Shown here: in pieces, positions 1 to 5,670 of the stretch | Position numbering within the stretch: position 1 is the stretch's first letter | Layout of the letters: the number at the start of each line of letters is the position of its first letter | Assembly (NCBI GenBank): GCA_051439505.1 | Contig: JBFRWI010000212.1 | Span: 1-10,232 of the forward strand | DNA length: 10,232 nucleotides | Origin: Hormoscilla sp. | Lineage (GTDB): Bacteria; Cyanobacteriota; Cyanobacteriia; Cyanobacteriales; Desertifilaceae | Direction: 5' to 3' | Position numbers and translations under genes: made by a program | Notes under the pieces: generated by a model | What the model was told of the DNA's origin: nothing | What the model saw: the letters and a program-made list of their open reading frames with translations, nothing else | The model's database searches: none

Positions 1-3000
1 CTGTCTCGACTCCAATGGCATTTTGATCGGCATCTCGTTCAAAGGCGATCGCCTGTCGGGTAGCATCGAAGCTGAAGGCCATGCCCCCGATCTGGGCAAA
101 GCTACCGGGAGTATTTCCTGGGGCAACGCTGGAGACCGCATGTTCGACTATAGACTTGAGTTCTCCGGCAGTTACAGTTACCAAACTCAGGTCATTGTTG
201 AAACGCAGGGCATTTTCGATATCCAACTGGGAAATGTCTCCCTCCCGCTTCGGCGGATCTGTCAGGGGATTTTCTGCAGGTGGCAATAATTCTAATTCTC
301 CTGTCACGCTGCCTGGGGGGACGATCGCCTGTCCGATCGGGTCCCGAATGCCTCCTGCATTTTTGATCGAGACCGTGACTGTCTCATCGTACTGCTGGGC
401 CACAAACAAATCGGCATTCGCAGTCAGATTTCCCAAATTAGTCTCTTCGGTACGCAGGTTTTCTTCCAAACCGTTCAGGAATACGCTCGTGCGCCCGAAC
501 AGGTTCCCGTCCTTGGACAAGACTACGTCGCCGATCGCATCTGTCACTTCTACCACCAAGGGGTCCGCAACCTCTGCGGGGTCCACGTCCTCGCCGTACA
601 CCCGATCGACTCCCGCATCATCGGTAGCAAAGACATCTGCTTTCGGGATATTGACGATGATGCCATTTTCATCAAAGTCGGCTACGAACTGACCGACATA
701 TTTATAGTTGCCATCGGTATTGATAACGTAGATGGGTTCGTCACTGGCAGAAGTGAATTCAATCGGGTATGGCCCTGCTGCTTCATCTCGCGGGCGCAGG
801 GGGTCATCCGGGTTTGCCAGCAGAGTATTAGAACCCCCGGCCATAATCACGTCTACATCTGACAGCAGTCCCGCCAGTTCCTCTTCGATCTCGATCTGCT
901 GCATGTGTGACAGCAGGATCACCTTATTGATGCCCGTGGCAGTTAATTCGTCAACAGTCTCCTGAATTTCTACTGCTAGGGCCTCTATATCCGTATCGTC
1001 AGCAGGGGTGACAGTTATATTGCCGATGGAGGAGATGGATGGCAAGGAAGGCGTAGTGGCCCCGACTATCCCGATGGGTTCGCCACCTACTTCTATAACG
1101 ACACTGTCGGCAATGCTATTGGGTTGGGGCGCTTGTCCCGGTTCTACGACCAACTCTGCCAAGTCTGGTTCGCCGCTGAAGTCCATGTTGGTGCCCAGAT
1201 AGGGAAATGCCGTGCCCGGATAACCCTCTGGACCGATGCCCGGACCAGTTATCTCTGGGTTGGCACGAATGAGATCGTTCACTAGACCCGGTCCCAAGTC
1301 CCATTCATAGTTGCCGATCGCTGCTGCTTGAAACCCCAGGGCGTTATTGATCAAAATATCCCCGATGCCGATTTGTCCGTATACATCATCGCTAGCGTTT
1401 AGGAATGGCCCGGCGATATAGATGTCTCCAGAGGATAGCTTCAGGGTATTGGGGAAGTCGTCTTCCAGGGCGTTGAGGACTGCGGAAAATCCGACCGCAT
1501 CGCCGATCGCGGGCAAACCCCCTTCCTGGTCGCTGGCGTGGAGAATTTGCAGTTGAAATTCTCCCATGGGCATTTCGTCACCGGGGAGGTCGAAGATTTG
1601 TGGGTCAACATCCAGGGGTTCGTCCAGTTCCAACAGAATAATCTCGTTGTTGTCGATCGCGGGGGGACGACCGACAGAGAAGGGATAGTTGTTGTCATTG
1701 GCCACGAGGATGGTATTCTCGTCGATAACCAGGACATCCTCGATCGTCAAGAAGGGAAAGTCGAAGCTGTTACTGCCATCTCCATTTAGATCGTTGGGGT
1801 CGTCGAGTTCCAGCAAGTCCACCAACAATTCCTTGCTGACAAAACCTTCCGAGTCTATTTCCTCTAGGTTAACCTTAAAGATTTGCTTGAAAGCTGCTGT
1901 TTCTCCTTGACCGTTATCCCGTTCGATGACCAGATACTCGCTGTCGTTGATCGCAGTAAAATCCCCGATCGCGTGACGGGGGTCTTCTACCCGAAAGAAT
2001 CCTACCAAACCCTCATACTCCGATGTTTCCGGGTCGAACTCGTAGATCCGCCGGGAGTCTTCCGGGTCTCCCGCCACGCTACCTTCTAACATGGGATAGA
2101 TCGTACTGCGATCGGGGCTGATGGCCATGCCTTCAAAACCGCGCGATCCACGGATATTCCCCATCTGTGGATCTTCCAGAAACGGATTTTGGGGCGACAG
2201 GACTTCCGCACCAGCGAGTGGTTCCCCCGTCTGACTGTCGAACTCAACAATATTGGGAGTGGGGATGGGTGCTTCGGTCAGGGTGCCATCAGTGTTAAAC
2301 TTCAGCAGGAAAGGACCGAACTCATCTCCGACCCAGATATTCCCGTCATTATCAAGGGTGAAGGACTCGATGTCAAAATCTGCCCCCGTTAACAGGCGTT
2401 CTGCGGTATCCTCGTTGACAATGGGAAAAGGAATCAGATTATTGGGGTCCGCCAGTTGAATAAAGTCGAGAACTTCAACTTCGCCGCTGCCATCATCTGC
2501 GGTAGTAAAATCAGGGGCGAGGCGATAGATGCGCAGGAGATAATCTGCACTATTGTCCTGGGCCCCAAAACCATTATCCGAGAGGAACCAGAACTCGTCC
2601 AGTTCCTCGTTAGCAAACTGGACGCCGCTAAAACCTTGGACTGGTTGTCCCTCAAAGGGGCCCACGCGATCGTTTGCCTCAATCCCTTCACCTGCCGGTG
2701 GTCCATCCGCAAAGGTATCGGCGGGCAGTTGGGCAAAACCTACTAAAGTCACGGTTGTTTCCTCCTCATCACCTAAAGCGAGACTGACAATCACTGGGTC
2801 GTGGTCGCTAACTTGGGCTGCAAATTCAGCGTTCAGGTGAACTATATCATATTCTGCCCCTGCAACCAGGTTGTCGCTGACTAAAATATGATCCAGGGCC
2901 TGGGAGTTGCCCTGAAATATGAAGGTATAGCGTTCTGCTTCTGGCAGAGTTTCCGTCAGGTTGACCAAAATGTCATCCCCTTTGAGGATAGTCAGGGGTT

Positions 3001-3265
3001 CTTCAAAGTCAAACTCGTTCAGGTCTCCCAGTACCACGACATTAGCATCGGAGTTGTTCGAGAGCAAATCATCAACAAAATTATTGACTACTTCTGCTTG
3101 CCGATCGCGCTGTTCTACGCTACCATTGATAGGAGGCTGAATCTCGCCAAACAGGGGACTGCCAGTGTCGTTTCGGAATTGCCGGGCAGCGAGTACCCGA
3201 CTATTGATAGTTATCCTGGAAGAGTGATCGTACCGTGCCGCCGTCCGGATCGAAATCGAATTCAT
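1..3265 (-). CDS. Large multidomain phosphoesterase, 3' end outside the window: C-terminal half of an ExeM/NucH-like EEP nuclease (~3170-2780), phytase-like domain (~2750-1600), PhoA-type metallophosphoesterase/5'-nucleotidase N and C domains (~1560 to <1)
   Basis: Hand translation of the minus strand from ATG at 3265-3263 has no stop down to position 2. EEP motifs: VVVLGDLNEF, YTFIFQGNSQALDHILVS, SDHDPV. Phytase-like motifs: QPVQGFSGVQ, SDNGFG, GADFDIES, WVGDEFGP, SRGFEGMA, VIERDN, ANDNNYPFS. 5'-nucleotidase motifs: LQILHASDQE, LSSGD, GNYEWDLG, LLSHMQ, AGGSNT, RTEETNLGNL, KNAGGIR, LRFNN. The true start codon is uncertain. Confidence 0.9.
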   Translation of the reverse strand, partial: MNSISIRTAARYDHSSRITINSRVLAARQFRNDTGSPLFGEIQPPINGSVEQRDRQAEVVNNFVDDLLSNNSDANVVVLGDLNEFDFEEPLTILKGDDILVNLTETLPEAERYTFIFQGNSQALDHILVSDNLVAGAEYDIVHLNAEFAAQVSDHDPVIVSLALGDEEETTVTLVGFAQLPADTFADGPPAGEGIEANDRVGPFEGQPVQGFSGVQFANEELDEFWFLSDNGFGAQDNSADYLLRIYRLAPDFTTADDGSGEVEVLDFIQLADPNNLIPFPIVNEDTAERLLTGADFDIESFTLDNDGNIWVGDEFGPFLLKFNTDGTLTEAPIPTPNIVEFDSQTGEPLAGAEVLSPQNPFLEDPQMGNIRGSRGFEGMAISPDRSTIYPMLEGSVAGDPEDSRRIYEFDPETSEYEGLVGFFRVEDPRHAIGDFTAINDSEYLVIERDNGQGETAAFKQIFKVNLEEIDSEGFVSKELLVDLLELDDPNDLNGDGSNSFDFPFLTIEDVLVIDENTILVANDNNYPFSVGRPPAIDNNEIILLELDEPLDVDPQIFDLPGDEMPMGEFQLQILHASDQEGGLPAIGDAVGFSAVLNALEDDFPNTLKLSSGDIYIAGPFLNASDDVYGQIGIGDILINNALGFQAAAIGNYEWDLGPGLVNDLIRANPEITGPGIGPEGYPGTAFPYLGTNMDFSGEPDLAELVVEPGQAPQPNSIADSVVIEVGGEPIGIVGATTPSLPSISSIGNITVTPADDTDIEALAVEIQETVDELTATGINKVILLSHMQQIEIEEELAGLLSDVDVIMAGGSNTLLANPDDPLRPRDEAAGPYPIEFTSASDEPIYVINTDGNYKYVGQFVADFDENGIIVNIPKADVFATDDAGVDRVYGEDVDPAEVADPLVVEVTDAIGDVVLSKDGNLFGRTSVFLNGLEENLRTEETNLGNLTANADLFVAQQYDETVTVSIKNAGGIRDPIGQAIVPPGSVTGELELLPPAENPLTDPPKREGDISQLDIENALRFNNDLSLVTVTAGELKSIVEHAVSSVAPGNTPGSFAQIGGMAFSFDATRQAIAFERDADQNAIGVET

Positions 3266-3350
3266 TAATCAACAGCACGTCAGGGTTGACTGTCTGAACA
3301 ATTTGTGCTATTGCTTGTGCCCGGGAGTCTGGCGATCGGATATTCTCTGT
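3201..3350 (-). pseudogene. Truncated N-terminal fragment of a second EEP-family domain, out of frame with the downstream large ORF
   Basis: AQAIAQIVQTVNPDVLLINEFDFD...LFQDNY resembles the N-terminal part of EEP domains in cyanobacterial phytase-type proteins. It stops at TAG 3203-3201. The track's GTG start at 3455 lies inside a REP-like repeat and is doubtful. Confidence 0.65.
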
Positions 3351-3442
3351 CAGACAATAAAGGTTGAAGGTTAAATTAACAATATCTTTTGTTGAAGAAC
3401 TTATTAAAGGCAACTTGAAAAGGGTGTGGTCACTGAGAAGGC

Positions 3443-3483
3443 GTAGAGTGGGCACCGCCCACCAGTCAGGGCACCGCCCACCA
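3443..3483 (+). repeat. GTAG-type REP-like palindrome with a partial tandem duplication
   Basis: GTAGAGTGGGCACCGCCCACCA at 3443-3464. The 15-mer GGGCACCGCCCACCA recurs at 3450-3464 and 3469-3483. Closely similar to 4248-4268. Confidence 0.7.
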
Positions 3484-3525
3484 TTGGTGCGGTTAACTAA
3501 ACTAGGAGTGAATGTGTAAATATTG

Positions 3526-3554
3526 TTGTTATTTATTGAGTAAGTTGGTATAAT
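3526..3554 (+). promoter_or_regulatory. Putative sigma70-type promoter for the phosphatase-glk genes
   Basis: TTGTTA (3526-3531), 17-nt spacer, TATAAT (3549-3554) preceded by TGn (extended -10), 34 nt before the ATG at 3589. Confidence 0.6.
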
Positions 3555-3588
3555 AAAATTCGATCGCCCATAGCTGACAGTCGTAACT

Positions 3589-4233
3589 ATGTCTCAAACC
3601 ATCTGGATCGCCCGCCACGCCAACCGAGAAGACTTCGTGAACCCCGGATGGTTCAACGAGGCCGAACGTCCCTACGATCCGCCCTTGTCTGCCGATGGTC
3701 TAGTACAAGCAGGGCAACTAGCGCAGCGTCTCAAAAACTCCAGGATCTCGGGAATATTTGCCTCTCCGTTCTTGCGCACGGTACAAACTGCCCATATTGT
3801 GGCAGAGACTTTGGATTTACCGCTAAAACTAGAATGGGGATTATGCGAATGGCTGAATCCCCATTGGATGGACTGCGATCCTCAAACCCAATCCCGAGAA
3901 AGTTTAGCCGCCCAATTCCCCAAGATTGACTTGACCTACCAATCTACCCCCAAACCAAAATATCCCGAAACCGAACCCGATTGTATGGCAAGGGCCGGAG
4001 AAATTACCAGGCGACTGGCGAGTCAGTCCGCTGAAGATATTTTGCTTGTGGGACACGGGGCCTCTGTACTCGGGATGACAATGGGATTAGTGTCCGGTCT
4101 GGCCACCACGGACATCAAGGCAACTCTCTGCTGCTTGGTGAAAGTGGTACGTCAGGAGGGAAAATGGATAATGGAATTGAATGGGGATACTTCCCATTTG
4201 ACTCAAACTGAATCGGTCATTAGATTTAATTAA
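3589..4233 (+). CDS. Histidine phosphatase (phosphoglycerate mutase-like) family protein
   Basis: N-terminal IARHA (RHG-type motif), DPPLS.DG..QA, SPFLRTVQTA, LCEW, LLVGHG and C-terminal NGDTSHL. Confidence 0.9.
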   Translation: MSQTIWIARHANREDFVNPGWFNEAERPYDPPLSADGLVQAGQLAQRLKNSRISGIFASPFLRTVQTAHIVAETLDLPLKLEWGLCEWLNPHWMDCDPQTQSRESLAAQFPKIDLTYQSTPKPKYPETEPDCMARAGEITRRLASQSAEDILLVGHGASVLGMTMGLVSGLATTDIKATLCCLVKVVRQEGKWIMELNGDTSHLTQTESVIRFN

Positions 4234-4247
4234 AGGTCGGTCAGTGG

Positions 4248-4268
4248 GTAGGGTGGGCATTGCCCACC
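4248..4268 (+). repeat. GTAG-type REP-like hairpin
   Basis: GTAG followed by the perfect stem GGTGGGC-ATT-GCCCACC. Confidence 0.75.
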
Positions 4269-4272
4269 ATGT

Positions 4273-4293
4273 CTAACAACTAACAACTAACAA
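4273..4293 (+). repeat. Heptamer tandem repeat (STRR-like), (CTAACAA)x3
   Basis: Three exact copies directly before the AAGGA ribosome-binding site of glk. Confidence 0.8.
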
Positions 4294-4298
4294 AGGAC

Positions 4299-5345
4299 AT
4301 GACAATATTACTGGCAGGAGATATCGGCGGGACGAAAACTATCTTGCGACTGGTGGAAGCAGCAGCAGATATCAATTCATGGCAGACTTTACATGAGGCG
4401 ACTTATCCAAGTCAGAATTACCCGGACTTGGTGCCGATCGCCCGGGAATTTATGACGGGGAGGGAAGAAAAGCCCGAAAAAGCTTGTTTCGCGATCGCGG
4501 GTCCGGTAGTCAACAATACGGCGAAGCTGACAAACCTGCCCTGGATACTGGATAATCAACGCCTGGAAACAGAAATGGAAATTGGCCGGGTGAGTTTAAT
4601 TAACGATTTTGCCGCGATCGGTTATGGAGTGCTAGGCTTAAAGTCGGCAGATATCTACAGCCTGCAAGCAGGAAAACGAGACGAAAAAGCCCCGATCGCA
4701 GTCATAGGTGCGGGTACGGGTTTGGGAGAAGCATTTGTGATTAAGCAGGGAAGCAACCCTCGGATATTTGCCACAGAAGGCGGTCATGCAGACTTTGCCC
4801 CCCGGAATGAATTGGAGTTCCAACTGTTGAAATACCTGCGCGAAAAGTATAATGTAAGGCGAATATCCGTGGAAAGGGTAGTGTCCGGTCAGGGAATAGT
4901 AGCAATCTATCAGTTTTTGCGCGATTGCGCCGCGCGCACGCTACGCGATCGGCCCATCTGCCAGGAATCTCCAGAGGTAGGGGATGTAGTCAGGACTTGG
5001 GAACAGGAGATCGGTCGCGAGAAAACAGTAGACCCAGCGGCAACTATTGCCATGGCAGCCACAAAAAAGCGGGATATGCTCAGCGAACGCACCATGCAAA
5101 TGTTTATCGAAGCCTACGGTGCGGAAGCAGGAAATCTCGCCCTCAAACTCCTCCCCTATGGCGGTTTGTATATTGCGGGAGGCATTGCTGCCAAAAATTA
5201 CAAGCTGCTAGAGTCTGAAGGGTTTATGCAGGCATTTTCCGACAAAGGTCGAGTCAGTAATTTGCTAGAAAAGGTGCCAGTGCAAATAGTATTGAATCAG
5301 CAAGTAGGACTGATCGGAGCCGCCATCTGTGCCGCTCAGTTATAA
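4299..5345 (+). CDS. glk: Glucokinase (bacterial Glk family)
   Basis: Motifs LAGDIGGTKT, FAIAGPV, LINDFAA, GAGTGLG, EGGH, ERVVSGQG and GGLYIAGGI. Confidence 0.95.
   Translation: MTILLAGDIGGTKTILRLVEAAADINSWQTLHEATYPSQNYPDLVPIAREFMTGREEKPEKACFAIAGPVVNNTAKLTNLPWILDNQRLETEMEIGRVSLINDFAAIGYGVLGLKSADIYSLQAGKRDEKAPIAVIGAGTGLGEAFVIKQGSNPRIFATEGGHADFAPRNELEFQLLKYLREKYNVRRISVERVVSGQGIVAIYQFLRDCAARTLRDRPICQESPEVGDVVRTWEQEIGREKTVDPAATIAMAATKKRDMLSERTMQMFIEAYGAEAGNLALKLLPYGGLYIAGGIAAKNYKLLESEGFMQAFSDKGRVSNLLEKVPVQIVLNQQVGLIGAAICAAQL
4926..4949. mobile_element. 24-bp in-frame small dispersed repeat (SDR5-like) insertion in a HIP1-like site inside glk
   Basis: CGCGAT is duplicated (4920-4925, 4944-4949) around TGCGCCGCGCGCACGCTA, which holds the hairpin TGCGC-CGC-GCGCA. 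Removing 24 nt restores L-R-D-R and the site GCGATCGG. Confidence 0.7.
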
Positions 5346-5362
5346 TTGGTGCAGTCGTAGTT

Positions 5363-5597
5363 GTAGGTTGGGTAGAGATCAATACTTCTCGGTTAAGAAT
5401 ATAAATTGTCATTGCGAGGGGGGTGGGGGAGGTCAAAAACAGTGGATCCCCCCTAACCCCCCTTTATTGGGGGGGCCGCGCCAACTCGGGGGGCTTGCCT
5501 TCGCCCCCCCAGCTGCCACGGGGGGGTTTGGGGGGGATCCCGCTGCAACAAATGCATGACCACACACCCTTACCCAACCGAAAATGTTGCTGGGTAA
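5363..5597. mobile_element. Composite/nested miniature repeat element, copy A
   Basis: In order: GTAGGTTGGGTAGAG (5363), CAATACTTCTCGGTTAAG (5380), GTCATTGCGAG (5408), a G/C-run palindrome with arms 5444-5462 and 5521-5540, TGACCACACACCC (5557-5569), and TACCCAACC (5571-5579, inverse of 5366-5374). Confidence 0.7.
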
Positions 5598-5670
5598 TAA
5601 GACAAGACCACCGAAGAGATGGCGAAGCGCCGAGAACCAGATCCGATAACAGAGAATTTACAAAATAGCG

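Noticed and set aside
23..3268. Many plus-strand ORFs (e.g. 81-692, 2888-3268) and short minus-strand ORFs in the track
   Set aside because: They are antisense or off-frame shadows of the large minus-strand gene and show no recognisable motifs.
3361..3410. Possible SphR/Pho box upstream of the phosphoesterase gene (TTTAACCT at 3375-3368, TTCAACCT at 3368-3361)
   Set aside because: The context fits, but the units are 7 bp apart rather than the 11-bp period expected, and only one unit matches well.
3450..3483. Mini CRISPR array
   Set aside because: Only two 15-bp repeats with a 4-bp gap and no cas genes. A REP duplication explains it.
5254..5668. Gly/Pro-rich ORFs 5254-5436, 5329-5559 and 5423-5668
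   Set aside because: They are read through the glk end and the G/C-run repeat element and have no coding signal.
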